Below are positions 1 to 13,593 of a stretch of DNA of 64,000 bases, one piece after another; positions within the stretch are counted from its first letter, which is position 1; every line of letters starts with the position of its first letter. The stretch spans positions 9,737,129-9,801,128 of the forward strand of contig CM082576.2 in NCBI GenBank assembly GCA_040954595.2, read 5' to 3'. The notes beneath the pieces were generated by a model. That model had not been told where the DNA came from, searched no databases, and saw only the letters and a list, made by a program, of their open reading frames with translations. The DNA comes from Balanoglossus misakiensis. Its lineage: Eukaryota > Animalia > Hemichordata. The position numbers and the translations under genes are program-made.

Positions 1-3000
1 TGACGTTCCGGGACAAAGTCAAGTCTGACGTCAGTGTGGTGGGCCAAGGATACGGCAAGCAGGACGCTCCGAGTAATAATGTCGCAGTGCCGGTCGCTCA
101 GCCCAGGTCCGATTCGCCGCCCATACCGACCCATCAGAAAGCCAACGCCAGGGAAAGACGGAGACAGACCAAAGGTGAGTTTGTACATGTAAGGGGGATA
201 TCTCGCCGAGTAGGGTGACATAACGAGACGTCTCAGTACTTGAGCGTTTTCTGTTCTGTTACAGTTTCCGTTTTTGTTGTTGTGAAGAAGGCACTTTTGT
301 AGGTTTCCCATTTTCATGCAAATTTGCGCAGTGCATTGTCACCGCGGCTGACAACAGAATGAAAGGACTTCATCCTGCAATGTTGTACGCTGTTGTTAAG
401 TTGAAGAGAAGAAGTCAACAGTATTTCCTGCAGAGTCGCCCGTTAGTAGAGAGACGGCTGCTACAGAATTCGTGATGGCCCCTTCACAGACTGGCGTGTT
501 TGCGTCTCTGAGAACTCACGACTTTCCTCTCCGACTCTTTCTCATCACAGGCAACATGGTGTCTCCTCTTACCATGGCGTCGATGAACCACCCGGGACCC
601 GTAGATAACGATGACCTCAGCGAGGAAGTGGGCGTCATCGGGAAAGGTACAAATTAGTGACAATTAATTATTTACTTATATTCTTTTATTAAATAAAACG
701 TGCAAAATTTAGTAGTCAATTAATGAAAGTGAAACTCATAATAAAACATCATTGGGTTGACGGAACTGATTAGCAGTGGGTTATCAGAGATGATGTATGC
801 GTGTATCGTCTTGGATGCCCGTGAGTGTTCGAGATTCCACATCGTGTGTGTAGTTTCCAACCGTTTTTTTGCTATCTCTTGAGGATTCTCAAACGCTGCC
901 TAGCGGCCCGGTTCTCGTGTTGTGTTCAAATCTCCAGCACTTCAGCGGGTGGGTGGCACTGGGGTATAATTTTTCGATGGTTGAAACCAAGATTCTTCAT
1001 GTAATTCTTGCCATTCCTCAGGGGTGTTTGGCACCAGTTACGCTCCCCCGTCTCAGGAGTATGGAGGCGACAAGTCCAAGCGAGCCAACAACCGGAAGGA
1101 CTCCGAGACCGGGCGAAGCAATCTGCCGAAAGGCGTGTATGGTGTCTACGGCGTCGGGATGAAGCAGTCCAACAGCTTTGACGACAACGACAGTTCTGAT
1201 GAGGAGGTAAGCCCTCTCAGCCCCTCTATCACAGCTTATCTGTCGCTCCTAACAAACACACTCCATCCCTGCCAAGGTGGTAGTGTTTTTCTCGAGTACA
1301 TCGTTCAGATAAAATTTGTTTACATTGATTTTTTGTAAATAGTGCATGAGTGTGAGAACTGTAGGATTCCTGTGTTAGTTACGAACGATCACAGGCAAGT
1401 ACAATCGGTGGCTTTGATGGCTTCTAACGATGCGCCCGGAATGTTCCCAACAGGACCCGGCCAGCATTTCCATGTCCAAGTCCACCAAGGATAAGGTGGC
1501 CAAGAAGCAGCAGGAAATCGAGCTGAAGAAAGCGGAGAAGCAGGCGGAGAAGCAAGCGGAGAGGGAGAAGCGGCAGAGGGAGCGGGAACTCTGGCAGAAG
1601 CAGCAGGAAAGGGAGCGGGAGAAGGCCCGTGAGCAGCAGCGGGAAAAACTCAAGGAAATGAAGAGCTTTGCGGAAGACATTCCGATCGACTGTGAGTATA
1701 GATACATGTAGTACCAGCGTGGCACCCCCCCAGCAAATGCCATTCCCATCAGGAGCGCTTCATAAACCAACACACTTGTGTGCTGACTGACATATGTGTA
1801 AGAAAAAAAAAATTCGCCGAGTCCATTTCCCGGAGTCACTTCATGCGATTATCATTGAAACTCGTGACGTGATTTCGTGTACAATATTTGCACAGCCTTG
1901 GTTTGTGTGCGGACTTGATCTCTTCCATGTCAGTCAACGTCTACGGCGCACATTCCGATAGTCTTTCACACGTCTGGTTTCGAGAAGTTTGGCCTATCCT
2001 TGGTTTTTGGCGTCTTTTGTCGTGAGGCAACGGAGTAAACATTTCCTTCCACCGGTTTAAAAAGAAATGTTTATTGAGCACTTGTAAACATTCGAGGGTG
2101 GCCCCTTTGCGCCACAAAAGCCTGTAATGGAGACAGCTCACAGGTTCTATTGTTTACGGATAACTATTTTTTTTGCTTTATTTTACAGCATTAACAATAT
2201 CGGGGTCAAATTCCGCAAACACCCCGCCAAAGGGCAAGACCGTCATCGGCAAGCCACCGGTAGCCACCACACCAAAGAAAAAATTAACCAAGTCGTAAGT
2301 TTATTAAATCCTATTGAGTTAACGTAGTGGAGTGTACCGGAGTCTTTAGGGTGCAGCTCGGATATTGTGAATGACGCACCGGCAATATGAAAATATTCCG
2401 TTTGTCCCCCTGTATCCGGTTAAATCCTACAATGTTCATTAGTGTATTTATTTAGGTCAGAACGTATATTGGGGTCAGTTCGGAGACATACTTGCCACCT
2501 GTTCCCATATCCCGGCATGTGGGTGCGTGTGACTTAGTTACTGATGGGTCCCCGCTGTAAACAGCTGATAAACAATGGGTTGCAAGTCATCTTCTATGTC
2601 TTCTTCTCCTTCCCCTCGCCCTGCTACGTCCAGGCCCAGCAGTGCCGGCGAAGGATCGCCGTCCAAGGTGAACACCTCGCTGAACCATAGCCTATCTATG
2701 CAATATGCCGACGACGAGGCGGACCTGAAGCCGTTCCCGAACCCCGACGCGGTTCTCCGGGACGCTTTGCGATTTCTGCAGAGTGATGACTGGTGAGAAA
2801 ATGTTTGTGTTGAATCACACTTATGTAATGGTACCATCTTTCATTTTTTAGGGGTTTAATTTTTTTATTCTAAGTCAAATCAACACTATATATGTGTGCA
2901 AGTCATCATGTCTAATGCTGTACATGTATGTAAAAATATAAATTGTCACATTTCTGCCGTTGTCATGTTTATTGATTTACTGTAGACCAAATGGCTTTCT

Positions 3001-6000
3001 TGTGTTTACAGTGGTAATGGTTTTCATCCTTCGTAAAAAAAATCAAAATCAAATGAAACTTGTTTTCATTCACAGGGAAGTTAAAATGGATGGCTTGAGT
3101 TACATCAAGAGATTGGCTGCAGTCAACCCTGACACACTGAATCAACAGTTGCACACGGTCATAGTGGCCGTGTTGGCAGAAGTGAAGAACCTCCGCTCAT
3201 CGGTGGCCAGGTCGGCGATTTCCACCATAGCCGAGATGTTCACCCAACTCAGAGTGAACATGGATAAGGTAAGAAATGAATTCCACCGTCGCCACGTCAT
3301 TGGTCACGTTTCCGATCTGATCCCCCATGTCGTCCTACATTTTGTCCCTCAGCTGATCGTGTGTGTTTTTTTAGACTGGCTGACATTGAACGTACCCTGA
3401 ATAAACTGAAAGATTTTGTTCCCAAGCCCCTTTAATCCGGCCCTTGAAAGTTTCCCTAGTGACGACCTCGGCATGACCTCAGATCATTCATCACCGGTGG
3501 GGTAAATACAACCGAGGCATGCCCTTCGGTTGGTCTTAGTGTATCTTCAGGGGTTGGGGACCCCATGAGTGTGGTATGTGTGTTTCAGTGGTTCTTTTAG
3601 AAAAGGGTGACAAGTTCATTTGTTGTGTTGTTGATGTTTTGCTGTTTTGTAAATACAAGCATGAAAGTGTAGAAACTGAAATTCTGATCTTGAATGGTGT
3701 CGGCCATAGCGCTGCGCACAGATTTAAATGGCCAATATTGACAGAAATTTTTATCAGTGAAGGAACTTTCAACACAAACAAACAATGGCTGTCTACCTTA
3801 TTGCTGTATTTGTAAGTCGCCAACTTGCCTTTACATGTACTTTGCGTAGACAGACGGTTTCGAACACCTGCCGTTGATAGAGGTGCAATCTAGCATGAAG
3901 AAACGTGCAAGGTTTTTTTTACATAGACAGAGACAAATCACTTTCGAGTGCCATGTCAATATGTGTGTGTAATTCTGGTGTGCAACAGTTTTACCTACTA
4001 CTCCCCTTGCGCGTGTTTCCTGAAACATTTTACGGACATTCCCAACACATTGCATGAAACTTAATTTGGTCTCATGGGATTATTTACAATTTCAAAACGT
4101 GTAGTTAATGGAGTCATTAAGTATGACACATTCTAATACGGGCAAAATAACTGAAATGCCAGGAGTCAGTGGTAGTTGCGGTATGGCAAAGGTGTGTGTT
4201 GGGGGGAATAGTCCATAACAATCATTGTAGGTCAGTACCATACAGTTTATACACAGGGTGCCGGATCAGAAAAAGTAATTTGCAGTTTCTGTCATTTTTG
4301 TTGGGCTTGATTAAGGGGGGGGGGGGGGGGGTACATTACATTTCATTGTCAAGATTACAGCAGTAGATGTAAAATAAGTGTTTTAGTAACTTATAATCAT
4401 GGAAGCAAGAAAAATCTGGATTTCTGATTCTGATCTGTTATTTCTGTCTGTTCATGTTCTGTGGTTGGCACGCACAGGATCTGGATCAACTATGCAAAGT
4501 GTTGCTGCAGAAGGCGTCAGAGAGCAACGGCTTCATCAGGGAGGATGTAGACAAGTCGCTGGGGAACATGGTGACCTGCGTGACGCCACAGAGAGCACTG
4601 ATAGCTCTGATAACTGGTGGGGCCAGGTACGTGAGAACGTGATAAATTACCCTGCCTGGGAGTTTGTTTTCGCAGGTTGTCTCCGCAAATCAGTTCAATT
4701 TTGCGATGTTTACGATTCATTTGATTGTGGCAACCCCAGTGGTCTGGGTAACTGCAATGTCACGGCGATCGATGAAGAGGTCGCGACCTTTTGCATCCAA
4801 AGTGTACAGCTGGCGTACATGAGCTGAGAACTTGGGGGTCGTTAATACCGTGGAACGTAGTACTTGTACTTAAGACCCTATTCATATAGACCGCTCGCAT
4901 AATGCTCGTTTCTCTTTCTGTTTCCGCAGTCATCGGAATGTCGCGGTCAGGAAAACCTGTGCCCAGTTCTTAGTGGAAGTGGTGGAGAAGATGGGCCCCG
5001 GAAGGCTGCTCAGTGGAATCAAAGATGTCACGGATAAGATTTTGCCGGCCACGGCGCAGTTCTGCGTGGATCCCTCACCGGAAACCAGGTGGGAAATCAT
5101 TGACGGAATCAGTCTTTGTGAGCCCCCCCCCCCCCCCCCCCCAAAAAAAAAAAAACACCCTCACAAACAACAACAGCACACAAACATCTGTTAGTCATTC
5201 TACATCACAGCTTAAGCATGGCCACCTTTCTGGGGCGTTTATATTAAACAGAGAAAATTTATCTTAAGTAGTTCCTCAATATTCTGATGGCGTCCTGGGT
5301 TTCCAAGACTGTTGTCAAGTGGTCGTACCAAAATAAACCGTTCAATCAGGGAACCTTGGAGACAAAAAAGTAGGGTAACCCCTTTTGTTGTGTGTAGGAC
5401 TCATCAAAGCAACCATTGTGTGTTGAAGTGTAACTTTTGTCTGAAGTGGGTCAAGATTTGTCAGAGGCACAAAAGGCAATAGTTTATGATAGTCAGTGAC
5501 TTGTTGGCTATTGTCTGTGGCCGAGATTAAGTGTGAGATATTGAAAACATAAATAGGCATACAATATTTTTTCTCATTCTGTTGTGGCAGTGTTAATTAT
5601 GATTTCATTATTGTCCAACTCATCGTTATTCTCTTCTACTCATCAGGTATTACGGTCGTAAGATCATGTATCAACTCATGAACCACGAAGACTTTGAGAG
5701 ACTACTTATAAAATATGTAGCGCAGAAAGACGTTCGACAAATCAAGGAGATTATGGAAAGACTCAGACAGGACGTAAGTATGGTGCAAATTTAATGGCTT
5801 GTGTTTGCTGTGTAAATTTCAATTTTGTTTATATATATATATATATCTCCTATCCTAATGTACAAAAAACCCTAGACTAAAACTTACGATTTGTGAAAAA
5901 AAATCACTATGGAAGGTCATCTGTTGTCAAAGAATACCTCACTGAAGTTGATTTATTTTTTAATTATCAGGGACTTGGGGAAATGCCGTCGGAGACACCG

Positions 6001-8364
6001 TCAGCCAGGACTAGGCGCAGCAACACCAACAGCGGTTCAGGTTCAAGGTCAAATTCTGGCACCAGAGAGAAAGCGAAATCGGCTGGCAGGTACGGAACGT
6101 AGAGGAAAAAAATTTAAATACATGTTTTACTGCTGTGATGTATGTTACATGCAGTTTGCAGTTGGGAGGTGCAGTGAAAGTGAAGAACAGTCAGTCTGGG
6201 AGATTGATTAAAATGTATTTTGCTCATTTAATGTCACCAAAGCTACACACACACTTTTAGACCGAATTGCCGTATTTGTAATATGTTGGGGAATAAATCG
6301 CATTAGTGTTCTCCCCAGAACAATTTAAAGATTATGGGCCGATACTGTCACCCTGCTTTTGCCACTTTGCTTCAGAGCCTGAGAACTTACACCCAGCAGC
6401 CAATTAACATCGCTCTGTTGTTGTAATTCACTTGCTTTAAGTAGGTTATTTCTGCCACTGATTTGACGCTAATTACGCCAACTTTAGACGTTCCCTTTCA
6501 CTGGTGCGTGAAATCCCGGTCTCCTCCGGGACTGTGTGCAGCACTTAAATAGTAATGAATCCCCCCTTTTTACAAGTGTATCTGTGCATGTCGCATGCCA
6601 TCATTTTATAAGCGATATCGTTTATCGCGTTTGACATCTCTCGTCAGCCCGTGCATTCATAATTTCTGTGTACTCTCTCAACCACAGCGACGTCAATGGT
6701 CTGACGCCCCCGGGCTCAACCAGGAAGGTACGCAAGTCGCCACGGATGGACGAAGCCAGCATGGAGGTGGTGAAGGATCTGTGTGCAACGTTAGCGGCCA
6801 GTGATTTTAGAGACAGGCTTAAGGCCATACAGTATTTACAAGATTTAACCGTGGAGCGGACGGATCTCATCATATCAAATATTGTCAAGGTGGGTGTGAA
6901 TGATGGCTTTATTAGGGGGGGGGGGGGGGGTCACAGATTTACCCATGCAGAGAGGTGATCCAATGACACTGCTTGCAATGAACCCAAGAAGACATCTCCA
7001 TGTCATCTGATGTGCACTACACTCATACATTGCACATAGCAGTGTATTTTAGGGCATCCAACCAGTTTCTCAAGGAAATACACGTTTTATGAAGAGAAAA
7101 TTCTAAGTTTTTTATAGTGTTTTCTCGTGTCTTTTCTCCTCTTCAGATTTTTGATGCATTCACGCCCAGGTTGTCGGATTCCAACAGCAAAGTCAACTTG
7201 ACAGCATTGCAGACGATGCTGCAGCTTGTGCCAAGACTGCGAGAGTACTTGGGCGCCGTGATCAACACGATTGTGCCCGTGCTGGGAACCAACCTGGCCT
7301 CCAAGAACACCCAGATTCACCAGACCACGCTGGAGGTCTTAGATTCTCTGATGGAGCACGTCGGTGAGTGATGTTGCCGTGCCGACTTTCCTGCCAAGCT
7401 TTTGACAAATGCAGAGGCTCGCTTGAACCGGCGGTGTCTGCACCCAATGCACCAATATCTATAGAGGGCGCTCTTCAGAAAAGGCCACGTTTTGTGGATG
7501 ATGAGAAAAGCCAGTGATATGGAATCTGTTGAGCAGATGTGAATAGCTCGTCTTATCCGCCATAAATGTTTTAAGTCTCACATGTGCCCTCAAACTTCTC
7601 TTATTTTTTGTCTTTCAGAAAATTCATTACTTCTGCAGCCTTTTGCGAATCTGGCCCAGTTTGGCAATGCCAGAGTGAAGCCCGACATGATTGAGAAATT
7701 AGCATGTGAGTATCCGGAGGGATTATTTATTACGACTCAAAATGACGTGGATAACCGTTCACAGTGAATGACTGATGGCTTTCAGTGGAGATGAGTGCAT
7801 GATCCCTTTAATTGTCTGATTGTCTTTAATTTGGAATGGGGATACATTTGCCACCAAATGCTTCGATGGTTATGAATCATTGGTCCAAAGATCTAGGCGT
7901 TGCTGGCTCAGACATGCCCACTCTGGCGACGTGCTTCCTGGGTGTGTCTTCATCAAAGAACACCTGTTTACCCATATGTTGGTTTTTGTACCACTTATCG
8001 TGCCACATTGACACCCGAAATAAACCATTGTAATTCATAATTTTTGTTTGGAAAACTAAACACCGCACTTACAGTTACACCGCGCCATTTTGTTTCTGCA
8101 GATTTGAGTTCCAAAGTGTATCAGCGGAAACACCAGACGGTGACGCGATACGTACTGCCGGTAATGTGGCACCTCCTTAGCAACACTACGGGCAGCGGCG
8201 CGGTGCCCGGTGGCACTGGCAACATACGCACTGCGACGGCCAGCCTGGCCAACAGTCTGTTCAACCTGATGGGACAATCACTAATCGACCAAGCACAATC
8301 CAATCTATCACAAAGGAATCTGAAGACCTTTCAAGAAATGTTAGAGAACCCCCAGTTTGCATGA
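1..8364 (+). CDS. TOGARAM1: TOG array regulator of axonemal microtubules 1-like (crescerin/FAM179B), 5'-partial, multi-exon; ~823 aa in the window, including a low-complexity linker and the two C-terminal TOG/CLASP-like HEAT domains
   Basis: Phase-consistent GT-AG exons: <1-174, 551-646, 1022-1206, 1454-1691, 2189-2294, 2634-2792, 3076-3268, 4478-4626, 4930-5088, 5647-5773, 5971-6089, 6688-6889, 7147-7363, 7619-7705, 8102-8364 (TGA). TOG-type HEAT motifs: 'SDDWEVKMDGLSYIKRLA', 'EVKNLRSSVARSAI', 'KASESNGFIREDVDKSL', 'DPSPETRYYGRKI', 'FDAFTPRLSDSNSKVNLTAL', typical of the FAM179/TOGARAM family. Confidence 0.88.
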
Positions 8365-8416
8365 TATATTCCCGTTTTTAAAAAATTCCTGATATTTTTT
8401 GAAAAAGTGACGTATT

Positions 8417-8434
8417 GAGAGAGAGAGAGAGAGA
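8417..8434. repeat. (GA)n microsatellite in the TOGARAM1-like 3' UTR
   Basis: gagagagagagagagaga seen directly. Confidence 0.85.
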
Positions 8435-8643
8435 AATGTAGTCGCCGTGTTTAGTCAGAATAGGTGTAGATTGACAACCAATGGGTGAACTGACAATTAT
8501 GTTATTGGTGAAATTTGACTTGATTTAATTTTTTTTGTGTTTGTCTTTCTTGGAGAGGCAAGGATTTTTGTTATGTGACTGTAGCAGCTGGTGCTTTTAG
8601 TGTTAGAGAGATTTGTTTAAATGACCACAGGAATTTTTATTCC

Positions 8644-8649
8644 AATAAA
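8644..8649 (+). other. Candidate polyadenylation signal (AATAAA) of the TOGARAM1-like gene
   Basis: First AATAAA, ~280 nt after the stop at 8364; usage not demonstrable from sequence. Confidence 0.35.
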
Positions 8650-9207
8650 AAAAAAACAGGAAAGGAGTAGATTGATCGACATTTATACACATCCTGCTTT
8701 ATCAAAACTTGACAGGGATGTGACGTGATAAGGAAAGGTTTCAAGTGTTTTGAAATTTCTGTGGGTTTCACTCCTTTTCCTCCTTGAAAACACCGTCGTC
8801 ACCCATTTCTTGTTGATTATTACAACAGAGAGAGAGAGTAGTCGGAACCAAATTGTGAATATTTTGAAGGTTAACACTTGGTGTAACCGTGAATTCTATC
8901 TAATGATGTACAGTAATTTATGTACAGTGTGATATATTTGTATGATATTTCATTTATTTGAGTTGTTTTATTATGTTGATGTAAATTTCAGAGCTATCCA
9001 CATCCACAAGTGGAAAATGTTGCTTAGCATGTTTTTTTTTTATGTAGTATATTTACAAAGCTACTTACACAATGGGGTGGGTGATTTGACTGTTGTGGCC
9101 GACTTTGATTTGGATATTTGCCGGTGTTTTGTTTTGTTTTGTATATCAGTATTGAGTTCTTTTTGTCTTAGCAGAAAAATGCATGTCGGTTGGCCGTTGG
9201 CCACACA

Positions 9208-9350
9208 AATCCCCCGAAGCTATTTAAGTATAATAGTTTTTGGACCTTAATCCAGGTATGAATTGTGTGCACCCCTTAGCCTATTTTTAATTGGTAGGAT
9301 TGACCCCCCTTAGCTTAGTTACAATTGATGTGTGGAGCCCCTTAGCTTTA
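9208..9350. repeat. Degenerate ~31-34 bp minisatellite with CCCCTTAGC core
   Basis: ccccttagc at 9272, 9306 and 9337, with weaker copies upstream (cccccgaagc ~9210). Confidence 0.5.
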
Positions 9351-12300
9351 CAGTAGAAGTGTTGAGTTTGACCTGACAGTGGTACTTCCCCCATGCTGTC
9401 CCATCCTGATATTTAAATGTATATATATTCTTGAAAACATTCCAGATCAGCTTCCCAATCACAGCGCACTATAATAGCATAACACTGCAGTTCTCTTCCA
9501 TACCCTTCCTTTGGTGTTTATTTTGTTTTTTATTTACATTTCTTGATTGTTGTTGATTTGGTTATGTTAAAAATTGAGACATATTTAAATTTGTGGTTCC
9601 CATCTTTTCCAGTAAGTCTGAAGAACAAAAACAATTGAATCCATCCATTTGGGGGCCACTTAGTTTCCATTCTAAATGGCTGCAGTACTTAAATCTCCGT
9701 CCAAATTTCAGTGTCCCTGGAAACTAGGTCAGTATTTTCACAGACAATTGAAAGAGGCCCGTTCGCTGGCTAACGAGTCTATTTATGAGGGTTTTTGATT
9801 TCCAGAAAAATTTGAAACGACAAGAAATAAGAACGTGGTGTGTGTTTGAGTTGATTGTAAAGTTAATATTCCCTCCAGTGCATCTGCCAGCCTCCAAGTT
9901 GCACCAGAATGTCCAAATTTGAGATTCTTGAGATGGCATGTGTTAACTCGTCACTTGTTTGAGTTCAGCGAGTCTTGCATTTTTGAGATTCTCTACACCT
10001 CGCACCTGTCAGTCTAATTGTTTTATTCACGGGGTCATTTTTTACTCGACGTGCATGAAAGTAATATCAAACGTCACTGTAGACTTTACCAGTGCACAAG
10101 TATGTGTATGACCTCGCCTTTTTGGAGAATACTCCCCACTATTTCGGATGCTTATAGAGATTGACTGAACTTTTTTGTATATAAACTGCACAGTTACCGT
10201 TGTCCACTCATGCTCATGTCTATATGCATTTCTAATTTATACAAGATGAATTCCTTTCTGATAGGGATTGTTTCAGTGTCAAGAACCGATTTGGATCGTA
10301 CCTTCAGTCTATAACAACTGCATGTGCAGTGTGTTTCCAACCTTTCAGTCCCAACACCACACGTAATGATCAAGTGTACAGAGTTATAGAAATGTGGCAA
10401 GCATCCTAGGAGTAGCCCTTGATAAAACGGTTAATAACAGTTGTGTCAGTTGTGGGTGGATGTTGCAGTGGGAAAAAATTACTTAATGAAATTCGGTACC
10501 TTTGATATTGTGAATTTCGAGTTTTACACAAAGACAGCTTATGTACATAATAACTTCTAGTGATTTCAAGTAGATACATTCCATACGAGACAATAACTGT
10601 AACTTTTTGATACCCTGGTGAACAGCTCTAGAATCTCTGTCAGTCGCACATTGAAATTTTGCATCCTCGTCCAGAATAAACATTCGACTTTAATAGCACG
10701 CTTTTTTTTACATTCACACAACACATGATTTAATAGTTACTGGTGTAGGTTTGACAGTGTTCACTGGTGTGGTGGTCAGTGTAGAATTGAAATGGCGTGT
10801 TGTTCCTCACCAGTTGTTTCTTTTCGCTACGTTGGTCGAACGAAACTGAGTGTGACCGTCGGCAGGACTTGAAACTAGGCATGAACATGCCCGCTGCGGC
10901 TGTTGATAACAGCAACAAAACAAGATGCGTTTCTGCGAAAATAATCAGTTCAGAGAAATATGAGAATTTTCAAAATCGGTAACCACAGTGACCCGGTATT
11001 CCAGTAACTGGGAGCGCTCAGAATTGGACTAACCCGTGATCTCCGGCCTCTTCTCCGTTAGAGCAATGGCCGCCACTATGTGGCGTTCATAAATACTTCA
11101 TGCGCTTTTACCACGGATGTGTAACAGACTTACTTTGGTGTAACGACTTTTAAAAACATTCATCTTATGCTGCGTTTTGCGTTTTTCTCAAAGGGAAATA
11201 ATATTCTTTGCAATTTACATAATGTGCTAATATAGCCTTGCATAACCTTTACATTAAATTTTTTTTTCTTTATTTTACAAATAGACATCGAATTTAATGT
11301 CATCAGGAGACACACCTGAGACGTGTATAATTTGAAGCTTGCATCGGAAGTGGTTGCCACTTTGAATCTTTAAAATGGTACTTTTTTATTTGACCTTTCA
11401 GTTAATACCTCTCCACACTGGAAATAACTTTTAACCTTGTGTGAAAGATAGGTTTTGTAAATACAATGTTTTGGGGGTGTGAAATTTTCAAATGAATGTT
11501 CATTGAAGCCACCGTATGGTTTACTTGGGTGTTTCTTTTGCTTTTTTTAAATCCTGTGTCTCGCTTTGCTGCATCAGATTTGGATGCTGCTTTGTCAACG
11601 TGTGGGCAAAACATGTTGACATGGAATTATTTTACAAGAGCAATTTTGTGATTTGCTCGGACTTGTGTGTGTATGAAAATTATCTTTCATCATCAACATC
11701 ACTACTACTTACTGGACATGAAGTGTCTGCATTTTTATGAGCTGATCATTAAAAGTAACTGAAAAACATAATCGCGCTTTTCGGTACGTCGTTGTTTTCA
11801 CCTTGGATCCTGTGGAAAAGATTTTTATATTGTTTTTGCTGTATTCGAGATTGTGAAAAGGGTTGTCTTCGAATGATTCTTGTGTCATACTTCGCACTTA
11901 TTTTGAATAGCGCCACCAAGAGGTCAATTTGCCTAAACGAAAACGAAACTTGTGGTGGTAGGCTGGGAGTGGTCACCGCTACCGATCGACAAAACGTGTT
12001 GTTGCATCGGGCAATTTTTTGCACAGTGACCCAAATTTTAATTGCCTTGAGCAAAATATGGGGGAAAAAAACTGATTTTCGAGGCGCATTCTGACGAAGC
12101 GATTTTGAATTTCGTTCTCCATGCGCGTTTTAATTAATGATCCTCGGCCCTTGGCGATTGATTTGACAGCGTAAAACGGATTTCTTTTTTGCCTGCAGAC
12201 AAGGATTAAAATTAAATTCCTTCAACATATAAAGAGTGCCGTGATCATGAACCACGCAACACCAAGAATGCAATGTCAATTTTACCACCTATGACGTGAT

Positions 12301-13593
12301 ATATTTATGTCGATCTGATAGTCCTATCTGTCGATTTCCACTGTAATCGAAATACAACTAAACATAAATTCGTTTATCGCGTGCCTGTTAGTTGTCAAAG
12401 GTCCCTGAAGAGGAATGACCTAAAAATCCCGCTGTACATCGAGATTATACTCTGCGTTTTCACTAGCGCGAAATTTCCCCAAAGTGTCAGTAATTTCCCT
12501 GGTTCATCTGCCCTCCCGGTTGAAAAGGCAAACAACGATAAATAAGTTTTGTACAGCCGAGGGAATTCAAAGCGGCATGCCGCGAACGGTGTGATCACCA
12601 TTGATCTGAGGTGTGTTGCGTGGTTTCCACACTCGACTGGAGACTTTGCGTGACATTTTAATATCAGCCAGTCGATGTCGCATAGACCCTGGAGTGAACA
12701 AGCCGGGAACACGCGAGATAGAGCGCCCCCAGTTGGCGTGCACGAAAGCTAGCTATACCCCGTGCATCGCATCCGATGGCCTTTCCCGGCATTTATCTTA
12801 AAATTGACAAGACAAAAGTTCGTTGACACCACATCATGGACATTTCAATTTATTAACAGACTCGAAGGGCCAGCACGAGTGCCGTTGGAGATAAACGGAA
12901 ATTAAACAGCCGATAAATTTGAGCGTTTCCATCTCTCGATGTCGATGAAGGTCGAGATGTATTTACCGACAAACCTGTCACATGTTGCCGACAGTTGCGG
13001 TGAATGGCTGCTGATCGGAAGGAAGATCTGGGATATAAATCTGTTCCCATGAAGAGAATTTCCTCCGGGCCTAATTCGTGAATGTAGACTCAAACGGCGA
13101 GGCTGTTTTATTAGCCATGAATATAAAGGATCTGAGATTTAAAAAAAAATAAAAGTTGCCAACGAGAGAAGTGAGACGCTCTTTCGACTCGGTTGCGGAA
13201 TTGTCACCGTCCGATTTTACCATGGAAACGCGGTATTATACAATGTGTTAGCTAGCTTCGTACCCCCCCCCCCCGGGGTCTGGAAAATGCACGTGATCTG
13301 AACTGAACACAAGAACTCGGCGGTTCAAGGTGGTTGCCATGGTGAAACCGAAAAGTGAACCCCTCTCCCCAAGACACGTTGCAAATCGGGGATTGTGTAT
13401 CTTGGCAACGGCCCGTTCCTCCCACGCATCACATGCGCTCGATGATGAATCGGACGGACCGCGTCTTAATCTGAGGGGCATGTTCTCTGCAGCCGAGTCG
13501 GAAAAAAACACAGCGCCAATACTTAAGATTGGATACCCCCCCCCCCCCCCACAAATGCGGTACGAAAAAGATTGCATTTCACGTTACGCCAAG

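Noticed and set aside
1375-1839. 154-aa minus-strand ORF rich in S/F/C/L
   Set aside because: Antisense of the purine-rich TOGARAM exon 1454-1691.
3509-3532. Small hairpin CAACCGAGG...CCTTCGGTTG in a TOGARAM intron
   Set aside because: Too short for a miRNA precursor and lacks a clear Helitron CTRR end.
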